DNA of 64,000 nucleotides from Isurus oxyrinchus (taxonomy: Eukaryota): NCBI GenBank assembly GCA_026770705.1, contig JANJGN010000007.1, positions 143,530,001-143,594,000 on the forward strand, read 5' to 3'. The notes beneath the pieces were generated by a model that did no database searches, was not told where the DNA came from, and saw only the letters and a list, made by a program, of their open reading frames with translations. Below, piece after piece: positions 35,822 to 48,273 of the stretch. How positions within the stretch are numbered: position 1 is the stretch's first letter; the number at the start of each line of letters is the position of its first letter. The translations under genes were made by a program, and so were the position numbers.

Positions 35822-36213
35822 GTGTGGGCTCAATGATAGCACTCTTGCCTTAGATGTTTACAGGTTTAGGACCTACTCCAGAGATTTGAGCATGTCACCT
35901 CAGCTGACTCCCCAGTGCAGCACTGAGGGGATACTGCACAGTTTGGAGGTAGTGTCTTTGAGATGAGAAGTTAAACCAAGGCCCCTTTTGCTCCCTTGGT
36001 GGGCATAAAAGATCCTCTAGTACTAAACATCACTAAAAGAGTTTATCTGGTCATTAATCTTGTTGATGTTTGTTGGATATTGCTGTGCATAAAATTGCCT
36101 TGTGTGTTCCTTGAATTGCAACACTGACTGCAATTCATAAATAGCTTCTTCGCTGTCATACAGTTTGGGCCATCTGGGCCTCTGACAGGTTCTATATAAA
36201 TGTAAGTTCTTTT
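35822..36213 (+). mobile_element. tRNA-derived DeuSINE (SacSINE1-like)
   Basis: Head ggctcaatgatagcactcttgcct, core cagtgcagcactgagggg..ggaggt..tctttgagatgagaagttaaaccaaggcccc, tail ctatataaatgtaagttctttt. Confidence 0.85.
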
Positions 36214-39200
36214 AAATATGGTCACATAAGTTCAGACTGCAAATTTAAATTTGCATTTGTAATGTATTTGCATGAAAAACTGAACCCGCAACTCTCACCT
36301 CTGAACTCTGGTTTAAAGGTGACCATGAAACAATAAGATTTGAATCAGTTGATGTAAATAGGCTGATCTGAATTTATGTACACTTGTTGCCAAGGGAAAA
36401 ACAGCACAATTGCTGGGCTGGTTATCTCAAGCCATCTGACATTCAATGGTGGAGTACAGATGAATGTGAATGCTTTGATACCACATTCAGTTTGGATGAG
36501 TTATCTGTGAATGTAAACACAGTAAAAGTCACATGCTGTCACATATTGTATGAATTCCTTACTGGACCACAGCAAGTTTACAAATGGCTTTGAGATTTAT
36601 TTAACCTTAATATTTTGGCTCTTTTTTTATTGGTTGTCAGTTTTCTGATGAATTTTAATTTATTTGCTGTATTATTTTGTGTGTAGCTATTATGTTGTAT
36701 AACTCTTAAACTTGTTGCCATCTAGAGAGGTCATAAATACTAGAAATTCCTGTTTTTTGGTGTGTTAAATTCAACAAACAAGTATCAATTAATTCCTCTT
36801 GCTAAATTTAAAATACATATCACGGTCTTTATTACCATTGCAAGCGCTTTTGTGACCTTCACAAGACTAGAAGATGGTTTGATCTATGTTTCATTTTTCT
36901 TTGAGGCCATCAGAAAGGTTTCTAAAGACTACAGACGGTATTTTATTTTGGAGTTGTTATTTTATCATTGAGTCACTTTTAGTGGTTGACAAGAAAATGG
37001 CCTTGACTGCCTTTGAACTCTCCCACTGTCCTTTAGCATCTCTGCATGCGTGTGAGAGACAGTCCACAATGGGACATCAAGTTTGGTCATGGACAACAGC
37101 AATTTTTTCTCATGCTGAAGGACAGAATTGGGTGTGCACTTTATACATCTGTCTGCATCCAAGTCAAGGTGATGCACTAAACTGGAATTCAGAACTTTGC
37201 AATGGTTAGGTTGCAAACAAATTTATCCTAAGTTATATATGAATCTGTGCTTTATTTTCCAACCTATACAGTGTTGAAATTCCATTAGATTTCAGAACAA
37301 CCTTGTCCTCTGAAGAAAAAAATCCTGTAGAATAATGAGCTGAAATTGCTACCCTGACTAATCTTACTTAGTTCACTGTTTTTGCACTCAAGCCTATGTT
37401 TTTGCTAACATTAGCTAAGACAGGAATCTCAATCCCTTTTGTAAACTATTTTATGTTATCTGTCACTCTAAAGTGGGCCTCTGGTTTTACTGTACTTCTA
37501 AATTCTTACTAGCTTCCTGGCCTGTGTGAATGCAACCAACGTTCAGTGAATAGTCTGCATTTTTTCTTCTGTTAGTTGAGTATATTTTTCACACCTATGC
37601 TAAAGGCACCACATCATGGAAATATGCAAAATACAGGTCCTATGAATGCCTCTGTAAATTATATTTCTTTCAAAAAAATTCTCAATCGCAATTTTCCCAT
37701 ACTATTAATGTTTTAAAAAGAGAAAACAAGAGGTTTTACATGTGTTGATGAAAACACAGCAGGGTAAATTAAAACGAAGAAGAGCGATTAAAAATGTTAA
37801 TAGAAATGTTAAATGGTATAATCTCACTGGAGGCAAGTGGTTTCCAACTGCAATTGAATTCCTAATTAAAGCAATGACTTGTATTTATTGTGCAACATGC
37901 TTATTTGTGTAGACTGTAGCTGCTGCTGCCGCTGCTATGGGGCTGTGTCTGTTTCCCTGACTAAGCTAACGGGTTTATTGTACTATCACATTTTGAATTT
38001 AGTTCGTGAAATGCTCTTTCCACATTACTGCACTTACAAAAATATTCTCAGTTTTACCATGTGTGTCCGTGCAATTTGAATTTTACAAACTGGTCATTTA
38101 GAACATATTAAAGGTTATTTTCCATGATTTCTGACCTAGGTCAAATCATGCAGAAAGAAGCAATGCAACAGAGGCCATACAGATCGCCTGGGTAAATAAT
38201 GATTTATGACACTCTATAATGAACAGTGAATATATGTAAAACAAATTTATTTGAATTATTATTCTGACCATCTGTAATTCTTTTTTTGACCTAGACTGGT
38301 TTATCTTCAGCACGGAAGATGAATCTGCTTAAACTGAAATCTACAGTGTTGTTTTCTTTTGCTGGAACGAGACTTGTGTTATGTTTTCCTCATATGGAGT
38401 GTCTTCTGTCTGAATCCATAGTGTAGTGATCTAATTACAATTGCAGATAAATAACATAACATAATAAATAACACATCTGCAGCTAAATAACCAATTCTAT
38501 GTTCGGAAGGGAAGCCAATAATTGTGAAATGGTTGCAGTAATAGTTATAATAAGCAATGTTTCTCTTTAACATATTTACATTTTGTTTGCTTCAATTTGT
38601 CAGTAAATAAAGGTGTGACCTTGAGGAGATGTATCTTGTATTAGTTTAGTTTTACACTGTTGCATGACTGTTAATTATCCAACAATCTGAGATATGTTAC
38701 CCAGTCTGTAACCAGACCTGATTCTGAAATATTAGAGCATAAAACACTCAAAAAAAAATGCGAACTAATGTTGCAGCACCAGAACAATGAAGATGTGACA
38801 GCTTTTTAAAATTTGTATGGCTCTTGAAAATTTTCTTCTCCAAAAAATGAAAACTATATGCTTTCCTACAATAAAATGATGTCATAAAATATGGTTGGTC
38901 AAATTACTTTAAAAACCATTGAAATTGAATCATCTGACGGAGTCAGGCTACTAGACAAGGACTAGGGGTGTTCACTGTTATATGCATAACCTTCTTTTAT
39001 AATTCACCACTTTGCAATTTTTGGGGGCATGTGATGGAAGATTTTTGACACTATTATTAATTCACGGTGCAGCAATGTCATCATTCAGAGGGCATTTTCA
39101 AATTTGAAATGTTACATAATCTCAGAAGTAGAAATTGGATTATTTAATATTGCAGGTTAAGTAAATAATACTTTATCTCAGTGAATTTTGTAAGGAGGCA

Positions 39201-42200
39201 TAGATCTGATTGGACCAAATACCACCTGCTGTCTGCAAGTTATGGCAATTTTATATCTGGTTGTGATTCAAGCTAATACAGCAATGTGAAATATGTAAAT
39301 TTAATACAAAATGTGTTATATTAAAGAACCAAAATCCCTATGGAATCATAGTCAAACTGCAATGTCACAAATGCATAAGAGAATTTGGTGGGATTATCAC
39401 ACTGTAGCGCTCACCTTTTACTTATATAAGCTGTGTTTTGCACAAGGTGTGCCATAAAACTGCCCCAAAACTAGCACTGATTAGATGCTCTCCCTCAGAG
39501 ATGACCAAGCATGTTAGTAAAGAAATACATCGGTGCAGTAAGGGATGTTACAAGGTTAAGGAAATGGACTTATTAGTAGGCAATTTAGAAGGAATTGTAG
39601 TTTGCATCTACCACATAAACTTTACTTGACCTAATACAGTCCAATGCTGTCATAACTTGTAAGGTAAAAAGTGTAGGGTTTTGTGGGAGCTGAAATTGCT
39701 AACTCCAATGAGTAGACACTGTGTGCACCGACACAAAAGGGAGACTTCAACTATCGAACATCCGGTAGTGAAGCATGTTGATTGCCAATACCTGCAGTAG
39801 GATTGAGGCTCAGTTCACTTGGGAGACAGAACTTGTTAACATATTAACGTACAGTGGCGAGCTTCACACCCGAAACAGGTGTTCCACTGCAGTTTACTGA
39901 TGCCCACCTGGCCAACAGAAAGGTAGGCCCAGCCAGCATGCAGTCATAATGCATGGGGGAGCCCAAAATGTTAGTAGCCCACATTATTCTTGTGGAGGCC
40001 GGAGGAGGAACTCCTGTGACTCTTGGTTCGATAAAAATAATTTTAATGTTTACTTTTCAGGTTTCTTAGTCTTGTTCACCAGAGTTTACTCCACTAGGAA
40101 CTACTGAAAAATGCTTACGGAATACACAGTTTCCTGTGGGCCAAACAAATAACACCGGTATTCTATGTATTTTACAGAATCCCCTTTTTGCAGGGATTCC
40201 CATCTCGTTCAGTCAGACACTGGGCCCACCCAACAGACGGCTCCAGGAAATGACAATCAAGTGGGAGTGAGGCAATAAGTTGACTACCTCGATTTTGACT
40301 CCACTACCCTCCATTTCCACCACCTCCTCACTAGAGATTTTATCAGTGATACGTGTTATATTTACAAGTTATGAACCAAATTTTATTCACAATTCTTGTA
40401 ATTAATATTCAGCTTTTCTGAACAACTGCTACCAGATGCTGTATGGGCTCCATTAATACTTGCAAACTTCTGCTTTAAGTTGAAACAGGCTGCAAATGGA
40501 CGAAAAGCAGGCTTTTAATTAGTTGCAACATGTACACAATTTACAACAAAGAATCCTCCATTATATGAAACCATTTAATTTCTCCCCCCTATGGAATTAT
40601 AGTTATAGCTGAAGGATTATTAGGTTGAGTTGCTGATTGTAGTGCATGTGGATAATGCTGGATAAATAGGTAACTCAAAGAAAATAGAATGAAATTTGAT
40701 CTTGTAAAACTAGCACCATTTGAAGGAGCTGATAAGAATTCTATTGCATGTACCACACCAGCCCAATGGCATTCATGTTCAACATGCAGGCAGAAAGCAG
40801 CACTGACTCTCTTCCATGTACATCAAGAAAATCTGGGGTGTACGCACATAGTGTGTGCAAATATCTTAAGAGAAACTAGCATTTTCACTCTTGTATTAAC
40901 TCATATGCTACAAATTCCCATTGGGTTGTCACTTTGCTACAGTCTACACCTATTCTGCACACCTGATATCATCTGATGTGTTCCTGGCATGAGGGGATAC
41001 TGTGGCAACAATCTCAAATGGCATCTTTGGCAGTAAAGGAGTTAAGATGTCTCATTCTTTGACCATTTTGAAATGGCTATAACAATTAATTTCCTGACAT
41101 GATGTGAGTTTTAGTGTATTCACCAACAGTTCATTGTTGCGATTTTTTTCTGGTTGAGATTGTTGGAAACTGTAGCATTGGAAATCTGGTCAGATGCACA
41201 ATATTTGAAATTTCAGCACCGATGTTTTAAAATAGCTCAAAGGGACTATAATATATCCTATGCATTTTAATAGTAATTTATGAAATTCTTATGGAATCAT
41301 CAATCATGTGGTTAAGACATAATTGCTATATAACAAAAAACATTTTTATTTACCAAAGATTATGCTTCTTTAGGGTTTTTTTGAGCTGAAATTCATCCAT
41401 GTCTGGCAAACATGTTTTACAATATTATTCTTATCAAATTCTGTAAAGATGTATGTTTTGATTAGGGATCAGATTTTCCCTTGTCTTTCCCAAGATTCTT
41501 TTTAAATGATCTGCAGGGACACACTCTACAAACAGGGCTTCATCTGAAAGTATTCCCAGGCCAGATTCAATGAACAGAGAGCAATGTAGCTGTTAATAAG
41601 GGTATTCATCATGAGACTGACTATTTTTGGCGTAGTCTATGACAGACTCAGTAACTTACAATTGTCCCATGAATATGAACTTATCATTTAATTACGCACT
41701 GAGAGAGTGCCTTCCACTTCAACCTGCAAGCTAGTTAAGCTCACAGCAATTCTCCAGCCAATCAAAGTGTGATTGGATCAGTCTCAGACAGCCGTTGCTT
41801 TGCTACTTCTGAAGAATCTTTTACCTGGTCCATTTTAATCTGCCTATGACTATTTAAAATACAGGTAAAACTACGAACCTGCCAAACACTAAGCAATGTG
41901 ATACATGCTGTTAAGCCATACAGTACCAAGAGTCGTTAATTGTTGTCAACAAAAACATGTTTCCAATTATTATACAAGAATGCTCTTCAGTAAATCAAAT
42001 ACTTTATAGTATAATAAACTGCAAAGAATTTTATCCCCAAAATTTGACATTTCTTGACTTCAATTTAATACAGTTAAAGTAAGATAATGAAAAGCTCTAA
42101 ATTTGGAACCGAGTAAACATGACAGTCAAGTCATCATGGTACAAATAGTCAAACTTAGCATTAGTAACATTAAAACAAATTTGTTTCTTGCCTGACTAGA

Positions 42201-45200
42201 CTATTCATCTGGCAGATTTTTGAAACACCTTCTAAAATGCTCTTTTAGTTTGTAGATCACTAACCGTACTAATGAACAGAAATTTAAAAAATGATGCCAG
42301 GATGCTCACTTATTTCTGAATGCTAAATGCTGTAAAGGCATTGGGTCTTGCTTACTGCAGCAGAGTTATCATCCAAGTGCCAGAAATGACTCCTGCAAAA
42401 AACAAAATTCAGTTCAATGATTTTTTTCCTAATTTGAGAGTTCCATTTGATTTCTGATTATTAAAAATCTCAAGTTTTATTCTTTCTTCAACTTTTAATC
42501 TCAGCAATTCATATCTACATAACACAAAATGTAAACTAATCAGCCTACACTTCAAATGTTCCCATTCTATCATCTCATGTCCAATTAACACTATGCAGCT
42601 TTCTGTCATGATGCACTGCAAGCTGTCTATAATGACTTTCAGGAAGACATCACACTGAAGACACATTTTAAAACATACAAAAAGTATAACTATTTTCTTA
42701 CATATTAAAGCCAACTTACTTTTTTTGTATTAAAGACATAAACACACATGTGCACAAATGGGAAAGGTGTGTGAATAAGGGAAAGAAGCTGCAGCATATG
42801 CGGTCTGCACACTGAAGATTCTTATAGTGTCTGCTTGTGTACATCTGTTTATTAACAATATAAAAACAATGAATCAATTCTTAAACAATTCTGCTTCAAA
42901 CTTAGTAACAAACGACCTCATTAGTTAGCATAAAACATTTTCCAACAAAATAACATGCTGAGATCAAAGAATGCAAACCATGTGTTGCTGTGAGCAAAAT
43001 ATTTAGAAAAGTCACATCATTAGTTTGAGAGGCCACTTTTGATTTTAATACTCCTAAATAATTTCCTCAATATGTGCTTGAGCACGATCACAAAATTAGG
43101 TTGACGCAGTGAAAGCTTCTATAAATTATGAAAAATAAAACAGGTCTCACTTCAACATAGACAAGGGAAAAAAAGTTAACAGAGAAAAATGGGGAAAACA
43201 CAAGAAATCGATGCATCCTGTTTTAATTCTACTTTCTTGACTTCTATACTCTGTCAAAATAACCCTTCAAACAAGTCTGATTGGGATCTGGCTCATCACA
43301 CTGTCACCAACTCACTTTTCATTAGACTGTTACTCTCTGTTAGCCTAGCCAAGCAGAAGAACTCAAACACATGCGCAAATTAAATCGACATCCAAACTCC
43401 TCCAATATACAAAGCAATTTAAATGATATTCATTAGAGCGATGACAAGTCCTGATGAGGCTTTCAGGAGCTGAGTTCTTCAGCTTTTGCAGACTCGGTTT
43501 CATGGCCACTGAGGCGTAACCAAGGCGACTGTACCTTCAGAAAAGCTGACAATTTTACTGTGCTTCCTGATACACCTTCCTTTTCTACATTCAATACTTA
43601 CCCACAGATTTAAAGCAAGTGTGCTCTACCCACTGCCAAAATCTTCAAGCTTTAACAAAAAGGCCATTTAATTGTAGCAATACTGTGTATTCTTAAAATA
43701 GCAGAGGACTAACTTGAGATCTTTGCCTTCAAGTACAATGTTATTAGATGACATATAGTTTAATTTGACTTAACATGGCTGCACTATGAACTACTGAAAA
43801 GCGTTTATCCTGCTTGCAATAAAATTTGAACCAGCGGTGGCTGGCTTTTTTTTGATAAAATATCTTCAAAATTATGAGACAAACATTTAATCTGGTCTCA
43901 GATTTAACTTGAAACGCACAATTATTGACAAGAAGTGTTTGAATAGAACATAGAAAGATGAATGACTTAAATGTAAATATAAGAGAACGTGTGCTGTTGA
44001 GTTATTAGATTTGCAAATCCTTTTAGATATATAAAAATAAGTAGAATGCAGAAAATATAACCCAAGAATGGACATAACCACTACTAACATGACCATTCTG
44101 ACCTGGACTGCTGCAGTCAAGCAGATCACATTACTGAGACATTATATGATAGAACATAAGTCAGCTCCTGCTCTAACCCTAAATATGCTCTATAAAGTGT
44201 ACACAATAAGAACACAACATTTTATATGCCGAGTACACAACTGACAAGGTACTAATCACTCAGTGCTTGCAGTGCTCTCCTCCCTGCCCCATTAATTGCA
44301 ATTCAGGGCAGTGAAGTATCACTTCCTTCAAGTGATACTGCTTCTGTACAATGACCCCTTCTGCAAATGTATTGAGCTTGTAGCTTGTGACAATGAGAGG
44401 GTAATCACACTTAATAGTTTAAATGTCATTTTAGCTGCAAATGCCCCTTTCTTCAGGGTCAGGCAAATGGCTGGGGACATAACCTGAATCAAAGTCCCAG
44501 GAGAAAGGACATTACCAGCATTTTTAGTTAAACAGAATTATCCATACCTACATATCTCCCTAAGGACAATGGTCAGCATTCATATTGACTAATGCATAAG
44601 CATTCAGCAAAGTATAGTGCAATCAGTACGGGGTACTCCTCCGCAACCAATTCCTGTTGTTCTTTGGAACCTCAAGATTTTATGAACCATACCGATGCCT
44701 CTAGCATTTTTAACTATTTGATAACTGACTTGCAGTTCTCCGATCTCGAATTTATCCATGCTGAGTGAGATGCTGCCTCCAAAGCAGTTTGGATAATTGG
44801 ATGCATTTTGTACTCTCAATCCGTGGTTGCCTTTGGTATTGCAAGATATCCTATATTAATCACTGCTGTCCAAAAAAATACATAAATACTCAGTGTAAAA
44901 ACACCTCAAATCGTGCAAATGTAATCTGAGGTTGTATAACAGTAAAAACGAGAGCTGACAATTAAATATGTATTTACACAAGGCCCGGAAAATTTCTGGA
45001 GCTTTTTCTGCTCCACTACCATGACTTTGTCAGAAGTTTAATGAAAATCCTGTCATTTGCTTCTTCTAATATGGAATGTAACTTTCTGTACACTGTATTA
45101 ATTAACACAAAATTTTGAAGAAGCATACCATTCGACCTTTCAGAGTACGGCTGCCATAGGCGCTAGGTCATTTAGTTCCACTGAAAGATCCCTTGACCTG

Positions 45201-47164
45201 TAACAGATATCATTGTGTATCCAGCCCCCTGCTGTTTATTCAGTATAGATATCCTCCATCATTGTGGAATAACTTAATAATAACAGATTATCAGGATTGT
45301 CAAATGGGGTTTCTTCATATGTGAAAACGGCTGCAAGGTTCAATTGAGCCACAGGCATTCTGCTAATTGCTGCAACATTTTGTTTAGAACTGAAATGATG
45401 TGACTTTAAAGCTTTGAACATTCTATTCTTCTCTGTATGTTCAGCTATTTGACACTTACAAATGCCTGTGATATTTTTACTTACAACTATAAAGAAAAAT
45501 AACAATATCATGAGGTGCTGCTTTCACTGGACAGAGTGTGTGGACAAACGCGCACGCACTCACACACAAAATGAATGGCATGACCCAATAATCACCACTC
45601 AGACTGACTGAACTGTTTACTTAAACCGAGGGTATGGAATTCCTACGTTGGTTCTGTAACATGTATATTTCTTTTTATTGTATCCTGTTACATTCATACA
45701 CTGTTTTTGTTGCAGTGGTCCAGAGTGCTTTCATACAATAATCGATTATGTTAACATATAAAATATTTTTCAGTAGAAAAGATGTTGACATTGTAACAAA
45801 ATTTAAATAAACAATTTTAAGGAAATTAAAAAGACAATGTTGACTTCACATGGAATTTGAATTGCAACTACTTTCTGAATTTAATACTCAGGTTAATTGC
45901 AGATACTGCGCCTGTTTTACATGTTTCAGAACATGGCTCAGCAGAATCCTAGAAATTGTGTAATTAAATTCTCAAATGTATAAAATAACCAGTATTCTCC
46001 TTCTAACATGTAGAGCACATATGCACAGTACATATATCCATTGTATCCAATCATGGAAAGCAGATGACAATTAGAAATCCATTTAAAGTCCAGTAAATAC
46101 AAAATGGGATTGAATTTTTAATCCTTTCCCTGCTGAATAAGCAGGAGTTCCATATCGCTGGCCCAACGAATGCTGTGAATAGCACTGTAAGGGTTAAGGT
46201 GATTGTGAAAGCTGTCCAGTATATACAGTGTTTCTGTTAAAGGGGAAAAGGGGAAGAATCTCAGACAAATCTTGACGCTTCTTCAGCAAAACATATCACA
46301 TACAAAAAAATGGGAAAATTGATAAAAGTAAACCCAATGTTTCAGTCAGCTTCATGGTTTCTCAACAAGTAACCACTCATTAGATGTTTTGTTAATATTA
46401 CAGTCAAGCTTGATGGGTAATGTGGATTTTAGATAATGCCCAATTTTCAAACATAATTCATGGCCCCCCTGTCATCTAGAGCTGGTCTGGTGCCTGCAAG
46501 AGAGACAGTTGGCTGGGACAGAAGTCAAGAGCATTGAAAGATCAATATGTACAGGACATAAAATATTACAAAAATTGAGATATCATGCACAAATGTTGGT
46601 AGTCTTGTTTGTTAGATACCAATCCTTTATTAAGTTATACTTTGGTTTACTATAGCCACTCTGTGGTTACAGATTTGGGGCTATGCTCCTTGGTAGTTGG
46701 TTTCTGCTAATTTCACCTCAGCAGATAGCTCTCTAAGCCATGGCATATTGATTTCTTGTTGTGAAGTGCACTGTTCAAGCTCCATTTAAGATTTTCATCT
46801 TGTATGTAGCCCTGAGCACATCATAGTGCCATAAATTAGGTAAATTGCACATTTATCACAAATGTTATTTTAAGATACTGTGTAAATGTGGCGGCTGGAA
46901 GATATACAATGTGTCTGAACAAGCCAGTGCTTGGGTGGGGTTACGGTTAGGTCTCAATGCGCACCTGTGAATTAAGGCCTTTCGAAAGGTGCTAACCCCT
47001 CAAGTATCTCTTTGTAAGTGCTGTGGTTATCTGACAAATAATACTTTAACCAAAACCGTTGCCTGACAGGACCATAAACCCACTCAAGCTCCAGCCAGGT
47101 TCAGTGTTAGTGCGCTCATTACCTGCAGCACCTTGTATATAGACTATAGTGCGAAAGCAACACA

Positions 47165-48273
47165 AAATTATTGAAAAATGGTTTAATGTTGCAGTAGGAA
47201 AAAAAAAGTTATATGAACAGCCATAATGGTGTTTCATTTCCAGCAACAAGACAGGGCACAGAGTGCGTTACAGTATCTGTGCTGTTTACATGTCTATTTT
47301 ATACATATATTCTCGTATGATGTCAGCTGTCAGTTATTTCTGCAAATTAACTGAAAAATGGAGATGAACAGACTCACTCAGTGTGCTGGTAACCACGGGT
47401 TACCTTTTATATGCCAAAATATAAAGATGCAGTAGGGAATCATGGGAGAATAATTAGGCAGAACAAAACTTACCAATCAAAGGCATTCTACACATGATGA
47501 TCATTAAAATAACAAGTGAGAGTGCTCATAAATAAGTAAAGGAGGTTACATCATGGAATGCCTTTTTACATTTGTAGCAGGATCTCATAGCATAAACCCT
47601 TTGAAAGAATTTTGTATATTACTGTTGAAGAAATACAGTACAAGTGTTTTTTTCTAATTTTATTAACCCTTTGAGCATTGACTATTCATTTTAGCTCTGT
47701 AAATAGTAGTTAATCTCCATTAAATAATACATCTGAAAATTATATTGTGCAAAATCATCTGCACAAATATCATGACAATGGAATTGAATAAAGACAGCTG
47801 CAGATCATTATTTTAATAATGGCTTTCAGTCAGTGATCTGAAAAATAAGAATGCTGCCAATTTGTTTTTGCAACTTAATGCAGAAGTGCTTCAGCAGTGC
47901 TCAGAGGGTTAAAGGTTAAAGGCTGAGAAATGCCAGCACACTTAATTCACATGAGAAAGTGCACCAGGTTCAGTATTAAATGCTTAACTAAATTGTCCAT
48001 TACGCATGCAGCTTAATGCATCTGAGCGATACACAGCAACTAAATCCAATTTACACAAAATTCCAAACACTTACCATTTTTACCCTTGTAATCAACCAGT
48101 AACAACAGCTGATTACGTGCTTCCATTAAACACTGTACAGTTATATAAAAGAGTTCAGATCAGAGTGCTACTCTGCAGTAAATCAAGAACATGTGCCAAG
48201 AGTTGTTACAGTAGCTTTAAGGCTTCTTTCAGAGTTGTCCTCAAAGCAAACAGTTAGGTTACTAAAGTAAATG
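47165..48273 (-). other. TSHZ3: Putative TSHZ3 3' UTR
   Basis: Repeat-free AT-rich sequence between the stop codon and an ATTAAA signal with a downstream U/GU-rich element. The 3' end is inferred. Confidence 0.6.
47182..47187 (-). terminator. Putative polyadenylation signal ATTAAA
   Basis: Sense context: tttttttttcctactgcaacATTAAAccatttttcaataattttgtgttgctttcg, with an upstream U-rich element and a downstream U/GU-rich element. Confidence 0.55.

Noticed and set aside
43449-43480. Hammerhead ribozyme starting at CTGATGA (43451)
   Set aside because: No GAAA box after a stem II and no stem I/III pairing.
45500-45830. 3' end of a convergent plus-strand gene (UTR-like composition, AATAAA at ~45806)
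   Set aside because: No plus-strand coding exons were found in the window, and AATAAA is common in AT-rich DNA. It cannot be supported without RNA data.
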